DNA from: a virus
Lineage: Duplodnaviria > Heunggongvirae > Uroviricota > Caudoviricetes
DNA length: 64,000 bases
Virus record (IMG/VR): IMGVR_UViG_2823949316_000001
Coordinates: 5,531 to 69,530 of that record
Direction: 5' to 3' (one strand)
Every line of letters begins with the position of its first letter. The stretch's first letter is position 1. The position numbers and the translations under genes are program-made. Shown one piece after another: positions 32,832-42,207 of the stretch. The notes beneath the pieces were generated by a model, which was not told the DNA's origin, did not search any database, and was given only the letters and a program-made list of their open reading frames with translations.

Positions 32832-33442
32832 GCGCCAAACCAGTGAAGGCCTTCATCATCGAGACCGATGATCCGGAAGAATCCACAATCCAATTCGCTA
32901 CCACCAACGTGGCGGCCCGCCGGCAGGGCGCCGATGAGATAGGTACCGACTTCGAGGCTGTGTCCTGCAAGCGCCTGCCGTGGGCCGATCAGTATGTGGA
33001 CAGCGGCATCCCGGCGCTGGCCTACATCGAGAACGACTGGCATGTCAGCTGCGCCAACTGCGGCGCCATGGTGCACAAGGAGTCGGGTTCGACCGACGAT
33101 GACGGCAACTACGAACCGCACGAACCTGTGTATCGCGGCGAGCATGTGTTCTGCAGTCCTGGCTGCGAGACTTCGCACGACTCCAAGGTGGCTGAGCAAA
33201 ACGCGAAGTTCGCCGCCTTCGAGAGCCGTGTGCGCGAGCTGCGGCCCGACCTGCAGTACAAGTCGTTTCGCGGTGCCTATCCGTACATCACCATGACCGG
33301 CGAGTTCATGTTCGATGGCGCCAAGTACGGCGGCTCAGTGCGTGACGAAGGTGACGGCGCGCTGTTGTGGTTCGTGGCCAATGGTGACAAGGCCGCATGG
33401 GATCAATACGAGGCCGACCAGGCCAAGTCAGGTGCCCAATGA
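32828..33442 (+). CDS. Hypothetical Cys-containing protein (204 aa) ending ...KSGAQ
   Basis: ATGA-coupled in-frame ATG in ORF 32735..33442. CANCG...CSPGC zinc-ribbon-like pairs. Confidence 0.5.
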   Translation: MSAKPVKAFIIETDDPEESTIQFATTNVAARRQGADEIGTDFEAVSCKRLPWADQYVDSGIPALAYIENDWHVSCANCGAMVHKESGSTDDDGNYEPHEPVYRGEHVFCSPGCETSHDSKVAEQNAKFAAFESRVRELRPDLQYKSFRGAYPYITMTGEFMFDGAKYGGSVRDEGDGALLWFVANGDKAAWDQYEADQAKSGAQ

Positions 33443-33657
33443 AGCCCATCCCAATCTCCGCCGCCGAGCGCATCGCGAAAGAGTTCGGCTACGACCAGGT
33501 GATCATCGTCGCCCGCAAGGTCGGCGACGATCCTGATCCGCATGGCGAGCACGTGACCACCTTCGGCGTCACCAAGGCGCATTGCGCCGTGGCGGCCAGG
33601 GCCGGTGACTTCCTCAAGTACAAGGTGATGGGCTGGGTTAAGGACGGTGAGAAATGA
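33439..33657 (+). CDS. Hypothetical protein (72 aa)
   Basis: ATGA-coupled. MKPIPISAAERIAKEFGYDQVIIVARK... Confidence 0.45.
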   Translation: MKPIPISAAERIAKEFGYDQVIIVARKVGDDPDPHGEHVTTFGVTKAHCAVAARAGDFLKYKVMGWVKDGEK

Positions 33658-34052
33658 CGCGCATGATCGAGGTGAAGGTCGCCGAGCTGAGTGGGCGCGC
33701 GCTGGACTGGGCTGTCGACGCGGTTGTTTCTGGCAGGCCGCTGGAGGTGCGCCACCACAAGAGCGGTAACGGCGAGTGGGCGTTCTTCCACGAGGACATC
33801 CCGTACCAGCAGGGGCCGGCGCCGTACTCGACCGACTGGGCGAAGGGCGGGCCGCTGATCCAGAAGTACCGTATCAGCGTGACAGGCCCAGGCCATTCGC
33901 TCGGGTTCTGGTCAGCACACATGCTCGGAAGCGAGGTCATGAGCTCCTGCCAGGGGCTCAACGCCTTGCAGGCCGCGTGCCGCCGCTTGGTCTACGAGCG
34001 CCTGGGCGACACCGTCAGCGTGCCGGCTGAGCTGGTGGGAGGTGGCGTGTGA
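33654..34052 (+). CDS. Hypothetical protein (132 aa)
   Basis: ORF-track protein. ATGA-coupled. Confidence 0.5.
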   Translation: MTRMIEVKVAELSGRALDWAVDAVVSGRPLEVRHHKSGNGEWAFFHEDIPYQQGPAPYSTDWAKGGPLIQKYRISVTGPGHSLGFWSAHMLGSEVMSSCQGLNALQAACRRLVYERLGDTVSVPAELVGGGV

Positions 34053-34243
34053 GTAGCACTCGCGTGTCATCACGCCAGATCCCATGCTGGCCTACGCCGT
34101 GCAGTAAAGAGGGATGCGTTTACCTCAATGCTGACGGCGTTTGCGGCGAGCCCAGAATTAACCGAGGGAATAGCGATGCCGCGTGCCATCGAATGAATCC
34201 GAAGGACGTCCTGGCGGCTCTGTCGATCACTCCCAGACACTGA
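34049..34243 (+). CDS. Small Cys-rich protein (64 aa)
   Basis: GTGA-coupled. 6 Cys. Confidence 0.35.
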   Translation: MSSTRVSSRQIPCWPTPCSKEGCVYLNADGVCGEPRINRGNSDAACHRMNPKDVLAALSITPRH

Positions 34244-34275
34244 ATCAGGGTGTCACAGTATCAAGATCAAGCAGC

Positions 34276-34305
34276 GGCGCGGCCTTAAAGGCTGCGCCAT
34301 TTTTC
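34276..34305 (+). terminator. Rho-independent terminator (GGCGCGGCC-TTAAA-GGCTGCGCC + ATTTTTC)
   Basis: 9-bp stem with one mismatch, followed by a T-run and then motif copy 7. Confidence 0.55.
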
Positions 34306-34326
34306 TAGGGCGCCAATAGGGCGCAA
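34305..34326 (+). repeat. TTCGGGCGC-N5-GGGCGC family motif, copy 7 (TCTAGGGCGCCAATAGGGCGCA)
   Basis: Followed by GAGGAAAGGACATG and the gene at 34345. Confidence 0.5.
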
Positions 34327-34344
34327 AATATTTGAGGAAAGGAC

Positions 34345-34761
34345 ATGTCATTCCCGAACAAAGCAGGCGATCACCAAGACACCGACGACATTCTGCGTGC
34401 CGAGCTGAAGGCGGCCGGCATCCCGACCATTCAGGAAGCGGATGGAAAAGGCCCTGAGCACATGGCCGAGCTGCTGCGCAAGATGTCGGGCGAGGTCAAA
34501 ACCTCCGTAATCGGCATCCTGCACGGCTGGAAGTTCACTCGTGCCTGGTACTACTGGGTCTGCGAAGGCCCGGGCATCGAGGTTGCGGCTGCAGAGGAAC
34601 TGCACGCCTCACATGGTCGTTCGGTTCGCGTTGACGGCCACTGCGGCTGCCCTAGCCCTCGCGAGCAGTACAAGGGGCTGGCTGTCGGTCTCTACCATGT
34701 AGACGACGCGGACGGCCTCAAGGCCCTGGCCGACACCATCCGCAAATTGGTCGGTGAATAG
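34345..34761 (+). CDS. Hypothetical protein (138 aa)
   Basis: ORF-track protein with strong RBS. Confidence 0.55.
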   Translation: MSFPNKAGDHQDTDDILRAELKAAGIPTIQEADGKGPEHMAELLRKMSGEVKTSVIGILHGWKFTRAWYYWVCEGPGIEVAAAEELHASHGRSVRVDGHCGCPSPREQYKGLAVGLYHVDDADGLKALADTIRKLVGE

Positions 34762-34846
34762 CGCAGGCGTTGCGCATATTTGAGCAAGTAAGTTACACTC
34801 GCCACAAGACAAACAACCGCCGGCATGACCGGCCAAGGAAAGGAAG

Positions 34847-35434
34847 GTGGAAGACAATATTCAGTGGGAGGAATGCGCTATTGGCGCCTTCGCTAACGTG
34901 AGCGGCATGTTCCGTTCATTCCAGGTATCCACGAAAGTCCGTGACGACAACTGCGTTCAGCCAGGTCGCGCAGGTTTTGTTGGCAAGAAGGTCGATGGTG
35001 CTGAGTACCACGTTTTCTCCGACATCTGGCTCTGGATTCCGCGCCCCGTGAAATGGAACGGCGAAGGCCTTCCACCGGTTGGGGCTGAACTCGAGTGCGG
35101 ATTTGCATGCGAAGGCTTCAAGGCCTGGCACAAAGGTGTCTGTGTCGCTATCGGCATTGATCCGGAAGACCGTGAAGAAATCTGCGTCGTGAAGAGCGGC
35201 GAGAAGATCGCCATGTACACGACCTATGGCGGCAGGATGCGCCCCATCCGCACCGCCGAGCAGATCGCGGCCGAGGAGCGCAATGAACGCATTGCAGCCA
35301 TGTGCAAGCTGGTGCAGGCGCATCCAACGTATCCAGTTCACAATCTTGACATCTCCCACTCTGCCGCCATGCGCCTCACTGTCGAAGCCCTGCACGACGC
35401 CGGCTACCGCCGTGTCGAAGGCGGTGCGCAATGA
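34847..35434 (+). CDS. Hypothetical protein (195 aa) ending ...EGGAQ
   Basis: GTG start after a GCCGG-CATGA-CCGGC hairpin + CAAGGAAAGGAAGGTG. Confidence 0.5.
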   Translation: MEDNIQWEECAIGAFANVSGMFRSFQVSTKVRDDNCVQPGRAGFVGKKVDGAEYHVFSDIWLWIPRPVKWNGEGLPPVGAELECGFACEGFKAWHKGVCVAIGIDPEDREEICVVKSGEKIAMYTTYGGRMRPIRTAEQIAAEERNERIAAMCKLVQAHPTYPVHNLDISHSAAMRLTVEALHDAGYRRVEGGAQ

Positions 35435-35721
35435 GCCTGGTCGAGCAGCGGCGCGATGCGTTCGAGCAGGCAGTCATCGAGCGCTTCAAGGAGAGCGGGT
35501 TCCTCGAGGTCGAGATCCGCGTCGAGTGTCTGGGCCGCAGCGGCGATGGCTACGCCGACAGCTCGGTCGATGCGTACTGGGCGTTCTGGAACAAGGCGCT
35601 GGACAGCGTGGTGATCGAGCTGCCGATGGTCTGGGCCGGCGGCTCCTTCAAGGAAGGCGCGATGAGCGCTGTCGGTGTGCGTGACGCAATCGAGGCCGCC
35701 GGCCTGAAGGTGGCGTCATGA
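35431..35721 (+). CDS. Hypothetical protein (96 aa)
   Basis: ATGA-coupled ORF-track protein. Confidence 0.45.
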   Translation: MSLVEQRRDAFEQAVIERFKESGFLEVEIRVECLGRSGDGYADSSVDAYWAFWNKALDSVVIELPMVWAGGSFKEGAMSAVGVRDAIEAAGLKVAS

Positions 35722-35876
35722 ACTACCTCATTGCCTTCCTGGTCGTGGTGATTGGCCAGGTCGTCATGCACCTCATCTTCCCGGACAGCCCGGTGAGCCG
35801 AATGGACGTCGTATTCGGCGCATTCTTCGGGTTACTGATGCTCTGGGGTGTGACGTGGGCGAGGGCTAAGCCATGA
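35718..35876 (+). CDS. Small membrane protein (52 aa, MNYLIAFLVVVIGQVVMHLIFP...)
   Basis: ATGA overlap at both ends. Two hydrophobic helices. Confidence 0.35.
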   Translation: MNYLIAFLVVVIGQVVMHLIFPDSPVSRMDVVFGAFFGLLMLWGVTWARAKP

Positions 35877-36139
35877 CCATCACCCGCATCACCATCACCG
35901 CAAGCCGGCCGCGCAAGCAGCCCAAGGCCGGTGACGAACGCTTCCTGAAGGGGCGCCAGGTCACGCAGATCCGCCAGCAGGAGATGCACGTCTACCCGGG
36001 CGGCAACGGGCGCATGGCCGGCGTGGTCAGCAATGGCCGCCCGGTCTGGGAGTGGGTCGATAAGGGCAGCGACCGCGACCGCACGTCCGCTGCGTGGAAG
36101 GCCAAGCGCGCCGCTGAGCTCGCGGAGCGTGCGCCATGA
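35873..36139 (+). CDS. Hypothetical protein (88 aa)
   Basis: ATGA-coupled. Confidence 0.4.
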   Translation: MTITRITITASRPRKQPKAGDERFLKGRQVTQIRQQEMHVYPGGNGRMAGVVSNGRPVWEWVDKGSDRDRTSAAWKAKRAAELAERAP

Positions 36140-36438
36140 ACCTCGACATCACTGGAGATCGCTACGGCATGCTGGTAGCCGTCCGCCGCAATCCTGACGG
36201 CCAGGGCCAGGGCGCGCAGTGGTACTTCGCCTGCGATTGCGGGCGCGAGGCCTCGCTGAGGCTCAAGGACGTGCGCCACGGCAACACGCTGTCCTGCGGC
36301 TGCATGAAGAATGCGCGAGGATACCGCTATGGCGCGCCAAAGCTGATGCAGCCAAGGCCTTGGCGCGACACGCCGACCACGTTCGCCAAGAGCTTCGAGG
36401 CGGAGTGTGCTGGTGCGCGGATTGGGGTGGCGCCATGA
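36136..36438 (+). CDS. Hypothetical zinc-finger-like protein (100 aa; CDCG...CGC)
   Basis: ATGA-coupled. Confidence 0.45.
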   Translation: MNLDITGDRYGMLVAVRRNPDGQGQGAQWYFACDCGREASLRLKDVRHGNTLSCGCMKNARGYRYGAPKLMQPRPWRDTPTTFAKSFEAECAGARIGVAP

Positions 36439-36704
36439 CCCGCGACCTCTGCATCATGGCCTGCATCTTCTGCCGGGATCCGCAGTTCCACCAGTGGGCA
36501 GGCGCCACTGCTCGCGCTCAGCGCTGGCTGTTCATCGGTGACGTCGACATGAAGGTTGACGATGGCCGGTTGGCCAAGCGCTTCATCCTGAGCCAGTGCC
36601 AGGTGAAGTCCCGCAACGAGCTGGACACCAACCCAGACGCAGCCCAGCGCTTCCACGAGCTGGTGCGCAAGCCGTTTCTGGAGTGGAAGGAGGGGAGGAC
36701 GTGA
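36435..36704 (+). CDS. Hypothetical protein (89 aa)
   Basis: ATGA-coupled in-frame ATG in ORF 36219..36704. Confidence 0.4.
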   Translation: MTRDLCIMACIFCRDPQFHQWAGATARAQRWLFIGDVDMKVDDGRLAKRFILSQCQVKSRNELDTNPDAAQRFHELVRKPFLEWKEGRT

Positions 36705-36928
36705 GCGGGACAAGGGTGTTAATTGTCGATGGATGTTCGGCCGCATACCTCGCACGCCTGATCGGCGATCTTACGGAACGTGAAGTAGGGTTCGTGCACG
36801 GCAGCAAATCGGCGCCCGCGCCTCGTCCTGGCGGCATGCTTGGCCTCGCCCCGCTTGATCAGGTTGCCGAAGTGCGGCCTCCGAGTGGATCAGCCGGCCC
36901 GCGCGACCGCTGGGGCAAGGTTCGCTGA
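36701..36928 (+). CDS. Hypothetical protein (75 aa)
   Basis: GTGA-coupled. 3' part of ORF 36596..36928. Confidence 0.35.
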   Translation: MSGTRVLIVDGCSAAYLARLIGDLTEREVGFVHGSKSAPAPRPGGMLGLAPLDQVAEVRPPSGSAGPRDRWGKVR

Positions 36929-37260
36929 TGGCCGTCCTCAACAAGCACCATCACGGCGGCCAGATCCCGCAAGGCGCGGTCAACATCATGCGCGGGACGC
37001 TGTTCGGCAACCCGTTCGTGATCGGCCGCGACGGCGATCGCACCGAGGTGGTCGAGAAGTACCGGCAGTATCTGTGGAAGCGGATTCGCGAGGACTACAC
37101 CTTCATGAATGCCGTCTACAAGCTGCACGGCCGCGACCTGTGTTGCTGCTGCGCACCGGCGGCCTGCCACGGGCACGTACTCGAGCGGGCCGCTGCCTGG
37201 CTGGAGCTGCGTTCGCGCCCAGCCGAAGAAAATCAATCAGACGCGCCCGCCGGGCGCTAG
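36928..37260 (+). CDS. Hypothetical protein (110 aa) with GNPF...C..C..CH motif (DUF4326-like)
   Basis: TGATG-coupled. ...LFGNPFVIGRDGDRTEVVEKYRQYLW...CCCCAPAACHGH... Confidence 0.5.
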   Translation: MAVLNKHHHGGQIPQGAVNIMRGTLFGNPFVIGRDGDRTEVVEKYRQYLWKRIREDYTFMNAVYKLHGRDLCCCCAPAACHGHVLERAAAWLELRSRPAEENQSDAPAGR

Positions 37261-37270
37261 GGGAAAGGAA

Positions 37271-37723
37271 GTGAGCGAACTGATGGATCACGGCATCATC
37301 GGGATGCCGTTCGATATGGCAATGGGCGACGAGCTATCGCGCCAGCAGTTCTATGCCCGGGCTCAGGCGATACTTGCCGAGCGCGACCAGCTGCGCGCCG
37401 AGGTCGAGGCTTTGCGCGAAGATGTCGAGGCGGGCGAGCAGTGGCGCGCACTGGCGCTTCAGTTTGACCGGCACCGCATGTCAGCGATTTGGCACCTGAA
37501 AGCACTGCTGGGCAGCGCCGAGCACGCAGGCGCTGCCCATGATTTCCTCGATGCGCCACCGGTGCAGGGAAATGTGTTGTGGGCTGAGATCGAGGCGCTG
37601 CGGAAGGATGCGGCGCGCTGGAATTGGTATGCGCCGCAGGTAGGCAAGTATGTCGGCGAAGGCATTGATGCCGTGAACGCAGAAGTAGACGCCGCCATGG
37701 CTGCGAAGGAGGGTGACCTGTGA
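37271..37723 (+). CDS. Hypothetical coiled-coil protein (150 aa)
   Basis: GTG start after a GCGCCC-GCC-GGGCGC hairpin + TAGGGGAAAGGAAGTG. Confidence 0.45.
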   Translation: MSELMDHGIIGMPFDMAMGDELSRQQFYARAQAILAERDQLRAEVEALREDVEAGEQWRALALQFDRHRMSAIWHLKALLGSAEHAGAAHDFLDAPPVQGNVLWAEIEALRKDAARWNWYAPQVGKYVGEGIDAVNAEVDAAMAAKEGDL

Positions 37724-37968
37724 GCTACCAACTCGAAGAAGCTGCTGCACTGCTGGATAAGGAGCTGCCAGACTGGTCGTGGTCATTCACGCGCATCCGC
37801 AACCCTGGCCACGCGGTAAGCCCGTTCGGCGAAGGGGTCGGGCTCGATCTGCTTGGCCCTGATGGAAAGCTGCGCGTGTACCAGAAGCACGGAACCTCAG
37901 CATTGGAGGCTGCGCGGCGGGCCATACCGCGCGCTCGTGCGCGCCTTGCTGGCGACTCCGGTGCTTGA
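37720..37968 (+). CDS. Hypothetical protein (82 aa)
   Basis: GTGA-coupled ORF-track protein. Confidence 0.4.
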   Translation: MSYQLEEAAALLDKELPDWSWSFTRIRNPGHAVSPFGEGVGLDLLGPDGKLRVYQKHGTSALEAARRAIPRARARLAGDSGA

Positions 37969-38016
37969 TGACCAGATGCCAAGTCAGGGGCTCAGCCTCC
38001 TGATCGCCTACTGACG

Positions 38017-38045
38017 CGCCGCCTACAAGGGCGGCGTTGTCGTTT
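38017..38045 (+). terminator. Rho-independent terminator (GCGCCGCC-TACAAG-GGCGGCG + TTGTCGTTT)
   Basis: Follows the gene at 37968 and directly abuts motif copy 8. Confidence 0.55.
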
Positions 38046-38063
38046 CGGGCGCTGGTAGGGCGC
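38041..38063 (+). repeat. TTCGGGCGC-N5-GGGCGC family motif, copy 8 (GTTTCGGGCGCTGGTAGGGCGCG)
   Basis: Heads the 240-nt structured leader of the 1295-aa gene. Confidence 0.5.
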
Positions 38064-38215
38064 GCGAGATGTTGTTGCGCGCAGGCTCAGCGGGACGTTA
38101 TGATGAGTTCTCTTTTTTGAATAACCATTGCTTTGGAGGGTCGCATCATGAAGCGCGATGAACACGATGACTTGTAGCAAGCTCGACACCGGCTTCGGTG
38201 AAAGCTGACTCCACT

Positions 38216-38246
38216 CAAAAAGCCCGCCGATGCGCGGGCTTTTTCA
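38216..38246 (+). terminator. Intrinsic terminator/attenuator hairpin inside the leader of the 1295-aa gene (AAAAAGCCCGC-CGAT-GCGGGCTTTTTCAT)
   Basis: Perfect stem + T5, 40 nt upstream of the ATG at 38286. Preceded by a 9-codon ORF (MKRDEHDDL, 38150-38179) and a CACCG-GCTT-CGGTG hairpin in a lower-GC leader. Confidence 0.55.
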
Positions 38247-38285
38247 TGGGCGGCGCGCCACCCGTCGTGATTCCACAATGGGCAC

Positions 38286-41200
38286 ATGACCACTATCGTG
38301 CCCACGTCTATGCATCGCCAAGTCCTGCTGATCAAAGCCCAGGGTGATTTCAAGCACTCTGGAAAATACTTCCTGCAGAACGGGCGGTGGCATAAATTGC
38401 ACCCGGACAAGCCGGCGCCGAAGGGCGCGCCAGTGGCGGCCCACCCGAAGGCCGCCGGTAACCACGCGCCTGTGGCGCACTTCACCGACGACGAGTGGCA
38501 GAAGCTCAAGCTGCCAGCCGAGAACAGCAACGCCGGCACCTTCAACAAGCAGCTCGAACAGCTCAAGCAGCTGAGCGACGCCGGCGACGTGACCGGCATC
38601 CTCGGCATGCAGCTCGGCACGAATACCTACGGAAAAAAGCTCTCGACGATCGCCAACCACCTGCTCGGCCTGCACGGCAGCGAGCACAAGGTCGCGCCCG
38701 GGCAGAAGGCTGGCGAGCATGCGGCTGTGCAGCAGGCGCCGGCTGAGCACAGCGCAGCGTCACCGGCCACCGAGCCCAAGGCGGAGGAGAAGCCAGCCGC
38801 CCCGGCCGAGAAGCCAGCGGCGAGCAAGCCTGACGCCATCGCCAAGTTCCAGGCCTCGCATGCGAAGCAAGGCACACCATCGACAACGGTCGATGGCAAA
38901 GACTGGTTCGTGGTCGGCACTGGCACCACCAATGACGAAGGCAAGGTCTACGCGCACCTGGCGAGCAAGACCGAAGGCCAGGTTCAGAAAAACGGCTTCG
39001 TACCGAAACAGATGGCCGACTGGATCGACCCGGCGACGATCAGCGACCCGAAGAAGACGGCAGCTGCTGCAGCATCGAAGGCGACCGGCTTGCCCATGCC
39101 CGCCTTCGTGGAAGGCAAGACCACCACTGGGGTGGTCAGCTACTACGAGGCCCAGGCCCAGAAAATCCTCGACATGGCCGCCGCCGGCGACGTGGAAGGC
39201 CTGGCGGCCATGAAGGAAGACGGCCTGAAGCCGAACAGCAAAGGCAAGGTCAGCAACACCTTCAAGGGCAAGACCGAGAACAGCAAAACGCTGCTGGCGC
39301 TGCATGCGCAGGCGGTCGTGCATGCCAAGGGTGGCGCCACCGCGGAACAGCCGGCACCAGCGGCCGAGGCCAGCACCCCTGCGCCGGCCGAGCCTTCGCC
39401 GGCCGAGAAAGTGAAGCAGGCCACGCAGGCAGCCACCGCTGCCGTGGCGCAGACGCCAGAGCACCAGGAGGCGGTCGCGATCGCCACTGCCAGCCTGGCC
39501 GGCTCGAAGGTCTCCCAGATCCCGTGGGACAGCCAGCTGCTGCCGGACAGCAACAAGAACGCAAAGAGCCACAACAAGCAGGTCGCGAAGATCCAGGCGA
39601 TGGCCGAGGCCGGTGACCTGGCTGGGCTGGAGGCGCTGAAATTCGGCACCAACACCTACGGCAAGAAGCAGGAGAAGCTGAAGCAGCTGGCGATCGCCGC
39701 GCTGCAGGAGGACGCCGCAGCGCCTGTACCTGCTGCCGCACCTGCGCCTGCCGAGAAGAAGGGCTACGACAAGTACGGCATCTTCGACAGCCTCACGAGC
39801 GACATCGACACTGCCGCCAGCGGCGGCGATGCGTCCACGCTGAAGGACATCGAATCCTACCTGAATACGCCGGCCCACAAGAACGAGCCCGGGCTGGACG
39901 CGATCAAAAAATATCTGGATAGGGCAAAGGCGTCCGTGGCGACACCGGCGGCTCCTGCCGCAGAGCAAGGCCCCAAGGAAGGCGACACCAAGCAAGGCGC
40001 CGATGGCATGCTCGTGTTCAAGGACGGCCGCTGGCACAAGCAGGCCGAGCCGGCAGCAGCCGCTCCTGAGCCTGCCCCAGCCCATCCGATCGACGCAGTC
40101 CCGATGCCGGAGCTCACCTTCTCGAGCGCCGCCAGCAACGCGAAGGTGGCGGCCGCCCTGGAGAAGCTGAAGGAACAGATCAAGGCGGAAGGGCCTGGCG
40201 CGCTCAAGGGCGTAACCAAGCACATGAAGAGCAAGGGCAAGTACATCGTCAGCCTGCCCGGCACATACGGCAGCCTGAAGGTGTACGGCTACGAGCACGC
40301 GCCCGACCATGCTGGCACCAAGGTGCACGCCTACATCGAGGCACTGAAAGCTGCAGCAGGCAAGCCCAGCAAGGCCCCCGCGAAAGCCAAGGCCAAAAAT
40401 CCTGTCGTTGACGCCGATGGCATCCAGTCCATGGACAGCTGGAAGAAGACCGGGGAGCAGGCCGGCTCGAACCCAGGCGGCAAGTTCAAGGACGAGAACG
40501 GCGTCGAGTGGTACTGCAAATTCCCGTCCGACGAGGATGTCGCCAAGTCCGAGGTGCTGGCCGCGAAGCTCTACGCTGTCGCCGGCGTGATCGGCCAGGA
40601 CGCGAAGCTGATCAAGAAGGACGGCAAGCTGGGCATCGCTTCCCGCTGGACGACCGTGAGCAAGGCTGCGCCAAAGGATCTGGCCAAGGCCGCGGGCGCG
40701 CAGTCCGGGTTCGCCGTCGACGCGTGGCTCGCGAACTGGGACGTCGTCGGCATGGGCTTCGACAACCTGCAGGTCGGGCCGGATGGCAAGGCCGTCCGCG
40801 TCGATGCCGGCGGCTCACTCACCTACCGCGCCCAGGGCGGCAAGAAGGCGTTCGGCGCCACCGTCGCCGAGATCGACAGCATGCGCGACGCGAAGGTCAA
40901 CGCCCAGTCGGCGGCCGTGTTCGGCAGCATGACCCAGGCCGACCTGACGGCATCCGTGGCGAAGGTGGCGGCGATCCCTGATTCCGCCATCAAGAACCTG
41001 GTGGAGCTGCACGGCCCAGGCGATGCGGCAGAGCGCAAGGCGCTGGCTGACACTCTGATCGCCCGCAAGAACGACCTGATCGCCAAGTATCCCAAGGCTG
41101 CCAAGACGCCGAAAAAGCGCCTTGACCCGAACAGCCTGCCGGTCGATCCGGATCGCCTGCCGAAGGCGCACGACTTCAACAACTGGCTGGGCGCCGGCAA

Positions 41201-42173
41201 GCCTCTGTCGTCGCAGCCGCACGTCAACGCCGCGAACATGGCGGTTGAGCAGGAGCTGCTGGCGCTCGCCAAGACCGGCAACCTGACCAAGCTGAAAGAC
41301 TTCCAGTTCCACGCCATCGACAAGGCCACGGGCAACCAGACCGGCCAGCTGATCCCGATCGCCGAGCATCCGTCAAAGCACGTCGTTCAGCTGCACGCCG
41401 ACCTGGTGATGGCCCTGGACGAGATCGCCAACCCGCCGCAGCCCCTGAAGGTCTTCCAGGAGACCGACGTCGGCACGATCGACCAGCTGGCCGCGGCGCT
41501 GCCGTCGAAGAAGTTCGGCACCACCGTCACCTCGGTGCACTCGAACGAGAAGCTGGGCTTCTGGGTGGTGCTGGGCACGGCGCACGGCGCAGCGAAGTTC
41601 AAACCGTCCAAGGTGATGGACTATTCGAGCGCGGCGATCGCGGCGGCGAAAGAGAAGTTCCAGCAGGCCAGCCACCTGGCCAAGCACTTCATCTACTCGG
41701 TGCAGGCATCCGGCAGCTACAACGACCTGTTCCGCGCCGGCAAGTCGCACGATCACGCCGGCAACAAGCTGTCGGACGTGGCCAAGGCCGCGCTCGAGCA
41801 CGCGACCACCATGCCGGAAGGCACCAGCTTGTACCGCTGGCAGTCGATACCTGACGACATGGTGAAGAAGATCCTGGACGCGCCGGACGGCACTGTCTTC
41901 CAGGCCACCGGCCCTATGTGCACCTCGTACCACCCAACCGGTACGGCAGGGTTCGGCAAGCACCGCGTGACCGTGCGCTACGCCAATGGCGCCAAGGCGG
42001 TAGAGAGCTTCGCATCCGGGAAGTTTTCCGGTGAAAAAGAGGTGACCACGCTGCCGAACTCGCGCTTCGTGATCCTCAAGAAGGAGATGGTGCCTGACGT
42101 CGAGCACGGGAACCCGGGCGGCAAGCGCCTGGAGCTGGAGGTGCTGATGTTACCTCCCGATATGGGCCTGTGA
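38286..42173 (+). CDS. 1295-aa polyvalent protein: N-terminal tandem repeats (GTNTYGKK-type), Ala/Pro-rich linkers, central atypical-kinase-like domain, C-terminal R-S-ExE mono-ADP-ribosyltransferase-like domain
   Basis: Uninterrupted 3.9-kb ORF. About 45-aa repeats ...AGDVTGILGMQLGTNTYGKK... / ...AGDLAGLEALKFGTNTYGKK..., plus degenerate copies. Kinase-like motifs GSNPGGKFKDENGVEWYCKF (Gly-rich loop + Lys), DAWLANWD (D-x4-N), VRVDAGG (DFG-like). C-terminal LYRW (Arg), CTSY (STS-like), SGEKEV (ExE) at ART-typical spacings. Confidence 0.8.
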   Translation: MTTIVPTSMHRQVLLIKAQGDFKHSGKYFLQNGRWHKLHPDKPAPKGAPVAAHPKAAGNHAPVAHFTDDEWQKLKLPAENSNAGTFNKQLEQLKQLSDAGDVTGILGMQLGTNTYGKKLSTIANHLLGLHGSEHKVAPGQKAGEHAAVQQAPAEHSAASPATEPKAEEKPAAPAEKPAASKPDAIAKFQASHAKQGTPSTTVDGKDWFVVGTGTTNDEGKVYAHLASKTEGQVQKNGFVPKQMADWIDPATISDPKKTAAAAASKATGLPMPAFVEGKTTTGVVSYYEAQAQKILDMAAAGDVEGLAAMKEDGLKPNSKGKVSNTFKGKTENSKTLLALHAQAVVHAKGGATAEQPAPAAEASTPAPAEPSPAEKVKQATQAATAAVAQTPEHQEAVAIATASLAGSKVSQIPWDSQLLPDSNKNAKSHNKQVAKIQAMAEAGDLAGLEALKFGTNTYGKKQEKLKQLAIAALQEDAAAPVPAAAPAPAEKKGYDKYGIFDSLTSDIDTAASGGDASTLKDIESYLNTPAHKNEPGLDAIKKYLDRAKASVATPAAPAAEQGPKEGDTKQGADGMLVFKDGRWHKQAEPAAAAPEPAPAHPIDAVPMPELTFSSAASNAKVAAALEKLKEQIKAEGPGALKGVTKHMKSKGKYIVSLPGTYGSLKVYGYEHAPDHAGTKVHAYIEALKAAAGKPSKAPAKAKAKNPVVDADGIQSMDSWKKTGEQAGSNPGGKFKDENGVEWYCKFPSDEDVAKSEVLAAKLYAVAGVIGQDAKLIKKDGKLGIASRWTTVSKAAPKDLAKAAGAQSGFAVDAWLANWDVVGMGFDNLQVGPDGKAVRVDAGGSLTYRAQGGKKAFGATVAEIDSMRDAKVNAQSAAVFGSMTQADLTASVAKVAAIPDSAIKNLVELHGPGDAAERKALADTLIARKNDLIAKYPKAAKTPKKRLDPNSLPVDPDRLPKAHDFNNWLGAGKPLSSQPHVNAANMAVEQELLALAKTGNLTKLKDFQFHAIDKATGNQTGQLIPIAEHPSKHVVQLHADLVMALDEIANPPQPLKVFQETDVGTIDQLAAALPSKKFGTTVTSVHSNEKLGFWVVLGTAHGAAKFKPSKVMDYSSAAIAAAKEKFQQASHLAKHFIYSVQASGSYNDLFRAGKSHDHAGNKLSDVAKAALEHATTMPEGTSLYRWQSIPDDMVKKILDAPDGTVFQATGPMCTSYHPTGTAGFGKHRVTVRYANGAKAVESFASGKFSGEKEVTTLPNSRFVILKKEMVPDVEHGNPGGKRLELEVLMLPPDMGL

Positions 42174-42207
42174 TGCTACAATACCTGCAAATCAGTGAGA
42201 TGCGACC

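Noticed and set aside
38760-42107. Long minus-strand ORFs (522 aa, 244 aa, 184 aa and others) inside the 1295-aa gene
   Set aside because: All are antisense to one uninterrupted, motif-bearing plus-strand ORF. Arg/Ala/Gly/Leu-rich.
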